From: Candidatus Saccharimonadales bacterium
Lineage (GTDB): Bacteria; Patescibacteriota; Saccharimonadia; Saccharimonadales; UBA4665
Length of the DNA stretch: 48,743 bases
Assembly: GCA_035547775.1 (NCBI GenBank)
Contig: DASZUC010000033.1
Span: 1-48,743 of the forward strand
Direction: 5' to 3'
Part shown: positions 9,462-18,767 of the stretch, piece by piece
Layout: each line of letters starts with the position of its first letter
Position numbering within the stretch: the stretch's first letter is position 1
Translations under genes and position numbers: made by a program
Notes under the pieces: model-generated
Told to the model about the DNA's origin: nothing
Seen by the model: only the letters and a program-made list of their open reading frames with translations
The model's database searches: none

Positions 9462-9487
9462 CCCCGGCTATCAACGCTGGGGTTTTT
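9462..9487 (+). terminator. Rho-independent terminator after the pilin gene
   Basis: Stem ccccggc/gctgggg (one G-U pair), loop tatcaac, followed by TTTTT. An upstream A-run could extend the stem. Confidence 0.7.
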
Positions 9488-9527
9488 GATGACTAGCCGC
9501 CATCGCTTCTGATCATTATAATTAAGC

Positions 9528-9932
9528 ATGAGCATGAAGACTTTGTCTCTTAACGAATCCGGCTTGACGCTGGTGGAACTACTGGTCGCTATCGCCTTGG
9601 CGGGTGTTGTGGCTGTATCTTTGAACACAGTTTCCACGACTTTTATCCATACTGCTCAGCGCGGCCGCTACCTCAACCTCGCCAACTCCTTCGCCGAATC
9701 GAAAGTCGAAGCCTTACGCAACCAGGGCTACAACAGTTTAGCCTTGGGGCAAACCAGCCTGACAAGTCAGCTGCCCGATCAATTACCGCTAGGTCGTAGT
9801 GCCACCATGACGGTGAGTACTCAGAGCAGCGGCATTAAGCAAGTCGATTTGAGCATCAGCTATCCCGACCAGGGGCAGACACTGACCTACGGTTATACAA
9901 CTTACATTGGAGAGCTCGGTGTTGGCCAATAG
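9528..9932 (+). CDS. Minor pilin-like protein (prepilin-type N-terminus)
   Basis: NESG/LTLVELLVAIALAGVV, with E at +5 after the predicted cleavage Gly. 134 aa. Confidence 0.75.
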   Translation: MSMKTLSLNESGLTLVELLVAIALAGVVAVSLNTVSTTFIHTAQRGRYLNLANSFAESKVEALRNQGYNSLALGQTSLTSQLPDQLPLGRSATMTVSTQSSGIKQVDLSISYPDQGQTLTYGYTTYIGELGVGQ

Positions 9933-10632
9933 ATTACACATCATCTTTAGTCGTCAAACACAGGACGACGCTCCAGCTCACACGGGCGGCTTTACCATCG
10001 TTGAACTTTTAGTTGTCGTCAGTGTATTCGCCATTATTGGCGTAGCCTACAGTTACTTGGTAGCTAACTATTTTGTAGTCATTAATCGCAACGGCGAACT
10101 GGCAGACATGACCATGACTTCCCAAAATTTGCTCCGTTCCACGGTTGAGAACATTCGCCTAGGCGATGGTGTGCGCCAGAGCAATCAGATCACCGACCCC
10201 AACGCCCCGGGCGGCGGCTGGAACACAAGCGACACTAGCTTTGTGATTGTTTTAGCGGTCCCAGCACTCGATAGTTCTCACGATTACATTATTGATCCAG
10301 ATACTGGCAGCCCTTACATGAACGAATTAATTTACTACAAAAACGGGAGTCAACTTATGGAGCGTCGACTGGCTAATCCTGATGCCGCCGGCGATACCCT
10401 TAAAACCACCTGCCCCAGTAATTTAGCCACGCCAACCTGCCAAGCCGATATCGAACTAGCCGACTACGTCAATAGCATGACATTCACGTTCTACGACCAA
10501 GATGCCGACCAAACCAGCAACCCAACTGAGGCTAGATCGGTCAAAATCAGCTTAAACATGCAGCGCAACGCTCCAGGCGAACCGCTCAACCTGGCTACCA
10601 CTATGCAAGTAACGCTACGGAATAGGTTTTAA
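9907..10632 (+). CDS. Minor pilin-like protein (PilW-like size)
   Basis: HTGG/FTIVELLVVVSVFAIIG prepilin motif. 241 aa. Overlaps the previous ORF by 26 nt, so the true start may lie further downstream. Confidence 0.7.
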   Translation: MESSVLANRLHIIFSRQTQDDAPAHTGGFTIVELLVVVSVFAIIGVAYSYLVANYFVVINRNGELADMTMTSQNLLRSTVENIRLGDGVRQSNQITDPNAPGGGWNTSDTSFVIVLAVPALDSSHDYIIDPDTGSPYMNELIYYKNGSQLMERRLANPDAAGDTLKTTCPSNLATPTCQADIELADYVNSMTFTFYDQDADQTSNPTEARSVKISLNMQRNAPGEPLNLATTMQVTLRNRF

Positions 10633-12033
10633 ATGCGTCTCCTATTTCGCCACCAGCAAACAGTCAAGAGTGATGAACGGGGCTCGTTACTCTTGCTCCT
10701 CATCATTACACTACCGTTTTTAATTATTGTTACTGTGTATTACACCCATTTAGCGCTAACCAGTTTTCAAACATCACACAGCGATCAAATGCACACTGAG
10801 GCTCAGCTGGCCGCTGACGCTGGCGCCGATTACGCCGTGGAGCAGTTTGATGCCAATAACGCCTGGACCGGCACCACCGGCCAAATGACTGTACACAGCG
10901 ATAGCCGTATTCACACTACTTTTGCGGCGAGCATCAGTGGCGATAGCAACACCAAAACAGTTGCCGTCACTGGGCGCAGCTTTGTGGGTAGCGCCACCAC
11001 GGCAGCTAGCACAGTCAGCATTGATGTCGATCTGCGACCAGTAGAGCAAGGCAACTACAGTATTGTCACCGGGGCTGGAGGCTTGGTACTCAAAAATAAC
11101 GCCAAGATCACCACCGGCAATATCTTTATCAATGGTTCACTTACCATGTCTAATTCTTCACAAATTGGGCTGGGCGTCTTGGGAATTGGTCTCTTGCCCA
11201 TTCCTGTCCAAGTAGCCGACCAGATTTGTCCAGTGCCGGCCGATGCCACTTATCCGCAAGTCTGCACTAACAGCTCCCATCCACCTATTACCATGAGTAA
11301 CTCATCACATATTTACGGTAAAGTTATTGCCAATAACCAAACCGACGGCAGCCACATGAGCAGCCCTGGCCTCGTCAGCGGCACGGTCACGCCCAGTTCC
11401 TTGCCTACCTATGACCGAGCCGGACAAAAAGCTGCGGTAACACATACCATGACCGGTGCTGCGGCGTCCTGTACATCATCGTTGGGTGGCAGTGTTATTT
11501 GGCCAGCCAATACCAAGATTATTGGTGATGTCACGATTAGTGGCGGTTTGCTTCCTTGTGTTGTAACCGTGCAAGGTAATGTCTGGGTAACCGGCAGCAT
11601 TACGCTCAAAAACAATGGCTCTATCAAGCCCGCAGAATCGGTGGGTGGCACCATGCCAGTTATCATGGTTGATGGCAGCAGTGGTGTCACCTTTAACAAC
11701 ACCAGCAGCGCCGGTATTAATTTGTCCCTAACTGGATTAGAATTTATTACATTTTACTGTGGAGTTGGTTGCAATGAAGACAATCCGGTTACCGGTACTG
11801 CCTTAGCAGCTTCCCAAACCATCCCTACGATTAGCATGAATAACGCCTCGCTGGCTGTGAATAGTGTCTTTTACGCCTACTGGTCCCAAATCAATCTAGC
11901 AAACTCCGGCCAAGTGGGCGCGGTAGTCGGTCAAAATATCGTGTTGTCGAATACGGCTTCTATATCGCTCGGTGGCACGGCCAGTGTTGGCACTACCACG
12001 TGGGTTATAAAGGGGTATCGACGGCAATTTTAA
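10633..12033 (+). CDS. PilX-like pilus-associated protein with a repetitive beta-helix-like C-terminal region
   Basis: N-terminal ERGSLLLLLIITLPFLIIVTVYY (PilX_N-like, no E+5). Recurring short motifs follow: GNIFINGSLTMSNSSQIG, ITMSNSSHIYGKVIAN, GDVTISGG, GNVWVTGSITLKNNGSI, NIVLSNTASISLGG. The start abuts the preceding stop (TAAATG). Confidence 0.6.
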   Translation: MRLLFRHQQTVKSDERGSLLLLLIITLPFLIIVTVYYTHLALTSFQTSHSDQMHTEAQLAADAGADYAVEQFDANNAWTGTTGQMTVHSDSRIHTTFAASISGDSNTKTVAVTGRSFVGSATTAASTVSIDVDLRPVEQGNYSIVTGAGGLVLKNNAKITTGNIFINGSLTMSNSSQIGLGVLGIGLLPIPVQVADQICPVPADATYPQVCTNSSHPPITMSNSSHIYGKVIANNQTDGSHMSSPGLVSGTVTPSSLPTYDRAGQKAAVTHTMTGAAASCTSSLGGSVIWPANTKIIGDVTISGGLLPCVVTVQGNVWVTGSITLKNNGSIKPAESVGGTMPVIMVDGSSGVTFNNTSSAGINLSLTGLEFITFYCGVGCNEDNPVTGTALAASQTIPTISMNNASLAVNSVFYAYWSQINLANSGQVGAVVGQNIVLSNTASISLGGTASVGTTTWVIKGYRRQF

Positions 12034-12085
12034 GCTGATTATCTGTTATACTAGAGGAAATGCTTATGCCTAGAGGTGGGCAAGA

Positions 12086-13177
12086 ATGAAAATCGCTAAA
12101 ACGCCGTATTTTTTCCACGACAAACCCCTGTTTGGACTTGATATTGGTCATGGCTCATTGAAAGTTATGCAGTTAGCCGGTGGCGGCAAGGTCGGCGGCA
12201 AGTTACATCCGCCACGCGTCGTCGGTTACGGTTTTGCCACCTTTGATAAAGCGGCTCAGCAAAACGGCGTAGTGGTCCAACCCGAAATCATCGCCAAAGC
12301 CGCACTCGATCTGTTCGAGCACCATTTGGTGGGCGATATTACAACCCGGCGCGTGGCTTTAGCGATCCCCACTTATCGCACCTTTACGCGTTCCATGCAG
12401 CTGCCCAAACTCAAACCGAGCAAGCTGGCAGAAGCCGTGCAGCTAGAAGCTGAACAGTACATTTCCTTGCCCTTAAATGAGCTCTATCTAGACTGGGATA
12501 TTATTCGTGAAACAGCGGATGGCATTGAGTTGTTTGTGGTAGCTGTGCCTAAGACTATCGTTGATTCTTACTTGGAATTGGCCCAACTGCTCGGCCTAGA
12601 AACAGTGTTGATTGAGCCCACCATGAGCTCATCCGGCCGCTTATTTACCATCGACGAACGCAGCGAACTATCCACTGTTATTATCGACTTTGGCTCGCTC
12701 TCCTCCGACATCAGCATTTTCGATAAACACACCCTCGTGGCCGGCACCGTGCAAGGTGGTGGCGTGGACTTTACTAACTCCATTAAAGAGCGCTTAGGTG
12801 TCACCCTAGAGGAAGCTGGTTTGATCAAAACCCGTTACGGTTTGCATGTCAGCAAGAAGCAAGCCGAGATTACAGCCGCTCTCGAACCAACCCTGGAAGC
12901 CATCGTCAAAGAAGTTCGCCGCATGATTCGCTACTACGAAAAGCACTACGACAACGATCGCCCCATTACCCAAATTATTACCATCGGCGGTGGCGCTAAC
13001 ATGCCCGGATTAAGTGAATATTTAACCGATGTCTTGCGTCTGGCCGTCCGTCACACCGACCCTTGGCAATATCTGAACTACCATCGCTTACAGCCGCCTT
13101 CGCCAGCCGATAAGCCCATGTATGCCACTGTGGCTGGCCTCAGCTTGAGCTCGCCCAAGGAGCTGTTCCGATCATGA
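12086..13177 (+). CDS. pilM: Type IV pilus assembly protein PilM (actin-like ATPase fold)
   Basis: FGLDIGHGSLKVMQL N-terminus, DFGSLSSDISIF and IGGGANMPGL motifs. 363 aa. Confidence 0.85.
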   Translation: MKIAKTPYFFHDKPLFGLDIGHGSLKVMQLAGGGKVGGKLHPPRVVGYGFATFDKAAQQNGVVVQPEIIAKAALDLFEHHLVGDITTRRVALAIPTYRTFTRSMQLPKLKPSKLAEAVQLEAEQYISLPLNELYLDWDIIRETADGIELFVVAVPKTIVDSYLELAQLLGLETVLIEPTMSSSGRLFTIDERSELSTVIIDFGSLSSDISIFDKHTLVAGTVQGGGVDFTNSIKERLGVTLEEAGLIKTRYGLHVSKKQAEITAALEPTLEAIVKEVRRMIRYYEKHYDNDRPITQIITIGGGANMPGLSEYLTDVLRLAVRHTDPWQYLNYHRLQPPSPADKPMYATVAGLSLSSPKELFRS

Positions 13178-13776
13178 TCAATCTTTTACCACCAGAAGTA
13201 AAACAGAGCTACCGTTTTGGTCGGCGAAATATTAGTTTGCGCCGCTGGGTGCTCGCTTTTCTAATCGCCTTGGTTGGGCTCGGTGGTCTAACGACCTACG
13301 GTTTGCTCAGTTTACGACAGTCAACCACCCACTACCAGCATCAAGTGAAAGCTACTGAAGCCCTATTCGCCCAAGAAAAGTACTCTCAAACCGAAGCCGA
13401 GGTCAAGGACATCAGCAATAGTTTTAAATTGGTGGTGAAGGTTTTAAGCCAAGAGGTGCTGTTTTCGCAAATGATTAAGCAGATTGGTGCGCTGATACCC
13501 GACAATGCCGCGCTGACCGGCCTGACCATTAGCCAAGTCCAAGGGGCTTTGGATATATCGGCGGTTGCCAGCGATTACAGTACCGCCACTCAGATTCAGG
13601 TCAACCTAGCCGACCCTGCTAACAAGATTTTCAGTAAAGCTGATCTGGTGAGCATTAGCTGCAATACCAAAACGGCTGTCAATCCAGCCCTGCCTTGCAG
13701 CGTCACCATCAGGGCCCTGTTTGCCGAAGCCAATCCTTTCCTCTTTATCAATAGCCAGCCAGGAGCGACGCCATGA
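13174..13776 (+). CDS. pilN: PilN-like pilus assembly protein
   Basis: MINLLPPEV N-terminus followed by a single TM helix. 4-nt overlap with pilM. Confidence 0.7.
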   Translation: MINLLPPEVKQSYRFGRRNISLRRWVLAFLIALVGLGGLTTYGLLSLRQSTTHYQHQVKATEALFAQEKYSQTEAEVKDISNSFKLVVKVLSQEVLFSQMIKQIGALIPDNAALTGLTISQVQGALDISAVASDYSTATQIQVNLADPANKIFSKADLVSISCNTKTAVNPALPCSVTIRALFAEANPFLFINSQPGATP

Positions 13777-14405
13777 GTCCCAAGCGCCTCTATATTGGGC
13801 AAGGCATTGTGTTGCTGTTGCTGCTGTTAGCTCTGCTGGGCGGCACCTATGGTGTTAGTCATCTTTTTGCCAGTCGAGCCGACCAACTAACTGCTTTGAA
13901 GGCCAAGAGTCAGGCTCTGAACCAAGAGCAAACCAGTCTCGACCAAGCTAAACAAGATATTAAAAAGTACTCGAACTTGGCAGGAATCGCCAAGAATGTC
14001 GTACCCGAAGACAAGAACCAGGCCGAAGCCGTTCGCGAAATTGTTAAATTAGCGGCGGCCAATAATATCAAACTAGCGACCATTACTTTTCCCGAATCCA
14101 CCTTGGGTAGCAGCGGTGCTGCCAATGGCACGACGGTCCGTCAAAGCACCAGTGCTAATGCGGCCAGCAGCCGCCTATCGCAACTAACACCTGTCAAAAA
14201 TATTCCTGGCGTCTACGTATTGCCGATTACTATCCAAGGCGATCCACAAACGGCCGTCCAGTACACCTCATTCATCAACTTCCTGTCAGCCCTAGAGCAC
14301 AACCGACGAACAGCCCAGATTAGCACTATTACTTTGACCCCCGACCCTGGTGATTCCAGCCTTTTGACTTTTCAATTAAGCCTAAATGAGTATATTGAGC
14401 CATGA
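13773..14405 (+). CDS. pilO: PilO-like pilus assembly protein
   Basis: Single N-terminal TM helix, then a coiled-coil segment (LTALKAKSQALNQEQTSLDQAKQDIKK). Position after pilN, with a 4-nt overlap. Confidence 0.6.
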   Translation: MSPKRLYIGQGIVLLLLLLALLGGTYGVSHLFASRADQLTALKAKSQALNQEQTSLDQAKQDIKKYSNLAGIAKNVVPEDKNQAEAVREIVKLAAANNIKLATITFPESTLGSSGAANGTTVRQSTSANAASSRLSQLTPVKNIPGVYVLPITIQGDPQTAVQYTSFINFLSALEHNRRTAQISTITLTPDPGDSSLLTFQLSLNEYIEP

Positions 14406-14710
14406 GTAAAATGCCTACGAAACTGTCCTCACAAGCGCTGTTAGAACGCAGCAAAGAGCTGATTGCTAGTCTTGGCCGCTATCGGTTGGTGTTATTTGTA
14501 GTGCTAGTAGCTGCTCTGTATGGGCTGGTACTCACCCGTCTGAACAGCCTTATAAACACCGAGCCTTCGGATGACGCTGTCACCAGCCAAGTTCAGGCGG
14601 CACGCATTCCACACATCGAACCCTCCGTGATCAACCAATTACAATCGCTCAAAAATAACAGTGTGAGCGTTCAAGCCTTGTTCAACCAACAGCGCAACAA
14701 CCCGTTTTAG
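14402..14710 (+). CDS. Small single-pass membrane protein, last gene of the pilus locus
   Basis: 102 aa with TM helix LVLFVVLVAALYGLVL. 4-nt overlap with the pilO-like gene. Confidence 0.55.
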   Translation: MSKMPTKLSSQALLERSKELIASLGRYRLVLFVVLVAALYGLVLTRLNSLINTEPSDDAVTSQVQAARIPHIEPSVINQLQSLKNNSVSVQALFNQQRNNPF

Positions 14711-14713
14711 ATC

Positions 14714-15571
14714 TTAACCTTCAGTATTGATATTCACGCCACCAGGATTTTCAGCTGGTGGATATTGATAGCCTCCAGCTGGTGGGTAGCTAGGTGGCGC
14801 GGGCTGATAACTAGCCGGTGGGTAGGCGTTAGGGCCAGGGGCCGCCGGTGCGACCGGAGCGGGTTGCATGGGCTGATAGGCGGCATAACTACTTTCGTCT
14901 CGATACGGTCGTTGCAAGTCTGCCCCGCGACGACCCTGCTCGAAATGCTCACGAGCAGTTAGAATCTGCTGGGCATAATAATTGGGGTTCGGGCAGTACA
15001 AGAACATAAACTTACTGCGTTCACCGGCCGTCTCGACACGCAACACCCCATAGTTCAGCATATGGGCCACAATACCGTTTTGGTCGGCGGTCACATCCTC
15101 CAGATTGCCCAGACTGAGCTGGCTGGATTGCTTGTGAAACAGGCTAGTTTGAGTAATTTGCGTCAGGCTATCACTCGTCAATACCCAACTATTACCCCAG
15201 TAAACAGTACTGAAAATCCAAACAAAGCCGGCACAAATAGCGGCGAACAGCACAAAAATCAAGGCACCGAGCTCGTTAACTTGCGATCGAGTCATGGTGG
15301 TTATAGCCATTGGGGCAATCACGAATGCCAGTACTGCAGCAACCGTCAATAAAATGCCAACGCCGATGTAAACACCAAAAATACCGATAGGATGGCGTTT
15401 GATTTCAGCAATCATTTGCTCACCAGGCTGCATGACTGAGAGAGGGTTATGAACGGGGTGGCGATTATTGTCAGGCGCAGTTGGTGGCGCCGAACTAGGC
15501 GTCGGTGCAACTGGCGGTAGGGGGTTGGTGGGTGGTGTGGCGGCAAACTGATTGGGATCTTGTGGATACAT
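14714..15571 (-). CDS. Membrane protein with a bacterial PH (bPH_2/YdbS-like) domain and Pro-rich termini
   Basis: IKRHPIGIFGVYIGVGILL plus a second TM helix, then a GNLEDVTADQNGIVAHMLNYGVLRVETAG-like PH core. The N- and C-terminal tails are P/A/Y-rich. Confidence 0.7.
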   Translation of the reverse strand: MYPQDPNQFAATPPTNPLPPVAPTPSSAPPTAPDNNRHPVHNPLSVMQPGEQMIAEIKRHPIGIFGVYIGVGILLTVAAVLAFVIAPMAITTMTRSQVNELGALIFVLFAAICAGFVWIFSTVYWGNSWVLTSDSLTQITQTSLFHKQSSQLSLGNLEDVTADQNGIVAHMLNYGVLRVETAGERSKFMFLYCPNPNYYAQQILTAREHFEQGRRGADLQRPYRDESSYAAYQPMQPAPVAPAAPGPNAYPPASYQPAPPSYPPAGGYQYPPAENPGGVNINTEG

Positions 15572-15648
15572 GCGTTTTATTATATCTCACGATGGTGTGT
15601 TCTGTACTCGGGCAAAGCAAAATCATTGCTTTGACCTGCGTGCCTCCA

Positions 15649-16683
15649 CTATAGCAGCGTCGACTGCTGGTCATCAGTTTTGGCGGGCTTTTTGCCCAGG
15701 TGAGCATAACCCTTGGGTGTAACTTTGCGCCCACGCGGCGTACGCTCCAAAAGACCGACCTGCAGCAGATATGGTTCATAGAAGTCTTCGATAGTGCCAC
15801 GTTCTTCACTCGTCAAGGCTGCTAGGGTTTCCACGCCGACGGGCCCACCAGAGTAATTTTCAATGATAGCTGCCAGAAGGGTACGATCGGCAGCGTCCAA
15901 GCCTAACTCGTCAATGTCGAGCAGTGTCAGCGCTTTGGTGCTAATTTGGGTGTCGATAATGCCATCGCCATTCACATCGGCGTAATCACGCACCCGTTTC
16001 AGTAAGCGGTTGGCAATGCGTGGCGTTAAACGAGCCCGTTTAGCCAGTTCGGCGGCGGCGGGCTTGTCGATTTTGACTCCCAGAATGGTCGCCGCCCGCT
16101 CAATAATTTGTTGGATTTCCGCGGGTGTATAAAATTCGAGACGATGAATTAAGCCGAAGCGATCTCGCAGGGGTGCCGCCAATGAACCAGTCCGAGTAGT
16201 GGCGCCAATGATTGTGAACTTTGGCAAATCAAGCCGGAGCGAACGGGCGCTTGGACCCTTGCCTAGCATAATGTCGAGCTTGAAATCTTCCATGGCGCTA
16301 TACAGCACTTCTTCGACGCTACGATTTAAGCGATGTATTTCGTCAATAAATAAAATGTCGCCATCGCTCAGATTGGTCAGCAAGCTGGCCAGATCACCGG
16401 CACGTTCAATAGCCGGGCCACTGGTAACCCGAATTTGCGCGCCCATTTCGTGAGCAATGACATTGGCAAGCGTGGTTTTACCGAGCCCCGGCGGGCCATG
16501 CAGCAGTACGTGATCAATTGGCTCGTTGCGTTTTTTGGCAGCGGTAATGGCCAGCTGTAAGTTTTGCTTCAAACGTTCTTGACCGATGTAATTCGCAAAG
16601 TCGCGCGGTCGCAGCGTAATTTCTAGCTCAACTTCTTGTGGCTCTTCGTCTTGGCCGCTGGCATCAACAATCCGGTCAATCAT
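15649..16683 (-). CDS. ruvB: Holliday junction branch migration ATPase RuvB
   Basis: [12 protein letters not shown], Walker [12 protein letters not shown], Walker B FIDEIHRL, sensor GATTR, and a winged-helix C-terminus. Confidence 0.97.
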   Translation of the reverse strand: MIDRIVDASGQDEEPQEVELEITLRPRDFANYIGQERLKQNLQLAITAAKKRNEPIDHVLLHGPPGLGKTTLANVIAHEMGAQIRVTSGPAIERAGDLASLLTNLSDGDILFIDEIHRLNRSVEEVLYSAMEDFKLDIMLGKGPSARSLRLDLPKFTIIGATTRTGSLAAPLRDRFGLIHRLEFYTPAEIQQIIERAATILGVKIDKPAAAELAKRARLTPRIANRLLKRVRDYADVNGDGIIDTQISTKALTLLDIDELGLDAADRTLLAAIIENYSGGPVGVETLAALTSEERGTIEDFYEPYLLQVGLLERTPRGRKVTPKGYAHLGKKPAKTDDQQSTLL

Positions 16684-17293
16684 CCTGATAGTCTTTCTTT
16701 AGCTTTTCGATAATTTCTTTGTATCCATGCTCGTCAACATAATCCCAGGCAACAATATAGTCAGTGGCGTCGTGCTTTTTGTTCACGGCAATGTCACGTT
16801 CTAAGCGCTCGGGCGCTTTCAGTATATCAAGGTAGATAGCTTTGTGAACGGCGTGGACAGGAATGTGTGCAATGGCCGTAAAACTATGCTGCTTGCCAAA
16901 CAGCTTTTCCCAACGTGGCAATAAGTCCGCTGCGGAGGACAAACTAGTATTGTCGGTTAACAAACGGTGAGTAAGTTCATGGGTTAGTATATCGACAAAA
17001 TAGTCTGGTTCGGACATTACGCCAATAATCATAGGGTCGCTAAAAGCATGGAACCACGGTGCAATATAGACGTCGACGACATTCTGATAGAACTCCAGCC
17101 CGAGTAGTTCGCACATGCCCGTCAGGACCTTTTCCTCATACGGTTTCCAAGCTTCTTGATACTCGGCAACACGCTTTTCCATCCACTCATCATCAGCAAG
17201 TGTTTTACCCTCGCCCCACAGTTCATGGAGGTGCTTAGAGGCATTTTCACGGAGTAGCCAGGCATCTTTAATGCGAATTTCAGGTAACGTCAT
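16676..17293 (-). CDS. Hypothetical protein with an HExxH motif (putative zincin-like metallopeptidase)
   Basis: 205 aa containing [11 protein letters not shown], with additional His residues downstream ([10 protein letters not shown]). Lies 2 nt after the ruvA stop and overlaps the ruvB start by 8 nt. Confidence 0.6.
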   Translation of the reverse strand: MTLPEIRIKDAWLLRENASKHLHELWGEGKTLADDEWMEKRVAEYQEAWKPYEEKVLTGMCELLGLEFYQNVVDVYIAPWFHAFSDPMIIGVMSEPDYFVDILTHELTHRLLTDNTSLSSAADLLPRWEKLFGKQHSFTAIAHIPVHAVHKAIYLDILKAPERLERDIAVNKKHDATDYIVAWDYVDEHGYKEIIEKLKKDYQDD

Positions 17294-17295
17294 AA

Positions 17296-17871
17296 CTAAC
17301 CTTTCAGGGCTAATTTGATTCTTTCTTCAGTAGGTAGAGTTTTGTCTATAGTTTGTAGGGCGACCATGGCGTCGGTTTCACTGTAGCCAAGAGCTAGCAA
17401 GCCTTGCACGGCTTCGTCGGCAGTATTCACGCCACCGCGATTCACCACGTCTTCGGCACCTGCGCTAGCCACCAAGCCGACTTTGTCGCGAAGTTCAACC
17501 ACCATTTGCTCGGCAGCCCGCTTGCCCACACCCTTAGCTGACTGCAATAATTTGACGTCACCGGCAGCAATCGCTGTGCGAACAGTATCACTTGGGCCGA
17601 TACCTAGGACTGCGAGCGCTACTTTTGGCCCCACATTTTTCACGCTTAATAATTGCTCGAATAAACCTTTGGTATCCAAGGCAATGAAGCCATATAGATC
17701 GTGGGTATCCTCACGGATGTGCTCGTGCACGTAGAGTTTGGCTGATTCACCAGCCTGCAAGTGATCATAATCACTTGGCGGAACCAGCAAACCGTAGCCG
17801 ACGCCACCAACTTCTAAAACAACTTGGTCGAGCAGCTTTTCGCTCACCACGCCAGATAATGTCGCAATCAT
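17296..17871 (-). CDS. ruvA: Holliday junction DNA helicase subunit RuvA
   Basis: MIATLSGVVSEK...VLEVGGVGYGL (OB domain), HhH motifs (LLSVKNVGPKVAL, LQSAKGVGKRAAEQM) and C-terminal domain III. I chose the ATG at 17871; the ORF-track start at 17952 would overlap ruvC by 52 nt. Confidence 0.92.
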   Translation of the reverse strand: MIATLSGVVSEKLLDQVVLEVGGVGYGLLVPPSDYDHLQAGESAKLYVHEHIREDTHDLYGFIALDTKGLFEQLLSVKNVGPKVALAVLGIGPSDTVRTAIAAGDVKLLQSAKGVGKRAAEQMVVELRDKVGLVASAGAEDVVNRGGVNTADEAVQGLLALGYSETDAMVALQTIDKTLPTEERIKLALKG

Positions 17872-17900
17872 ACTCTTATTATACTGCGTGATCGCACGAA

Positions 17901-18371
17901 TTACCGCACGGTTTGAGCGTGCATCAGCGCGGCCGCAAGAGCGTCGGCGCAATCATCGGGTTGCGGGGCCGTCTTTAAGCCCAAAATCACCCGCACCATT
18001 TCCTGCATCTGTTTTTTATCAGCTCGACCGTAGCCCGTTAGCGCCTGCTTAATTTGCAGTGGGGTATACTCAAAAATCTCCAAGCCAGCTTGCCGCCCAC
18101 AAAGTAGCACCACGCCGCGGGCTTGGGCTACCGTCATGGCGGTGGTCACGTTTTGGGCAAAAAAGAGCTTTTCTACTGACATGGCTGTGGGTTTGCTAGT
18201 GGTAATAATATCGGTTAGCTCATTAAATATAGTTTCTAAGCGCACCGCATCATCTTCCTTCACGGGCGTGCGAATTACGCCAGCGTCAACTAGCTGTGCT
18301 TTACCCCGCTCGGCTTCAATGACACCAAAACCTAAAATACCCGTACCTGGATCGATGCCTAAAATTCTCAT
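17901..18371 (-). CDS. ruvC: Crossover junction endodeoxyribonuclease RuvC
   Basis: MRILGIDPGTGILGFGVIE N-terminus, EKLFFAQN, and a C-terminal DDCADALAAAL catalytic motif. Confidence 0.93.
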   Translation of the reverse strand: MRILGIDPGTGILGFGVIEAERGKAQLVDAGVIRTPVKEDDAVRLETIFNELTDIITTSKPTAMSVEKLFFAQNVTTAMTVAQARGVVLLCGRQAGLEIFEYTPLQIKQALTGYGRADKKQMQEMVRVILGLKTAPQPDDCADALAAALMHAQTVR

Positions 18372-18727
18372 AGTTTGATATCGAGGCTGTGATTTACTTG
18401 TTTGGTCATCGGAAGAATAATTGCCAGGCTAAGTAATAATGTCAGCGTGTCAAAAACAATGCGCTTAGTAGATTTAGTGGTGTAGTTCCGAATGATTTTA
18501 CCGTTGGCATCAGTCTGCTGACCAATAGTTAGCCAGCCCCACGGCACTCCATAATGAACTTCGGTAACTTGGGCTTCGATGGAAACTGCACAACCATGAC
18601 TACAGTCACTAGGATGTACCAACTGTGTGGAATAATCATGCTTGAGCGGTACGAGAAAGATAAAAGCTGCCACCATGAGCATGATCAAAACCACAAATAA
18701 GCGATGTCTAATCAGCCGCTTAAGCAT
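18368..18727 (-). CDS. Small membrane-anchored hypothetical protein
   Basis: Starting at MLKRLIRHRLFVVLIMLMVAAFIFLV gives one N-terminal TM helix; a second hydrophobic stretch lies near the C-terminus. 4-nt overlap with ruvC. The alternative start at 18793 overlaps yebC. Confidence 0.5.
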   Translation of the reverse strand: MLKRLIRHRLFVVLIMLMVAAFIFLVPLKHDYSTQLVHPSDCSHGCAVSIEAQVTEVHYGVPWGWLTIGQQTDANGKIIRNYTTKSTKRIVFDTLTLLLSLAIILPMTKQVNHSLDIKL

Positions 18728-18767
18728 AACCTGATAATAGCACACGCGCCTCAAGTAAGCAGTCGAA

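Noticed and set aside
9517-9522. TATAAT hexamer 5 nt upstream of the first minor-pilin ATG (possible leaderless-mRNA promoter)
   Set aside because: There is no acceptable -35 box at 16-18 nt spacing. Read-through from the pilin gene past a leaky terminator is a simpler explanation.
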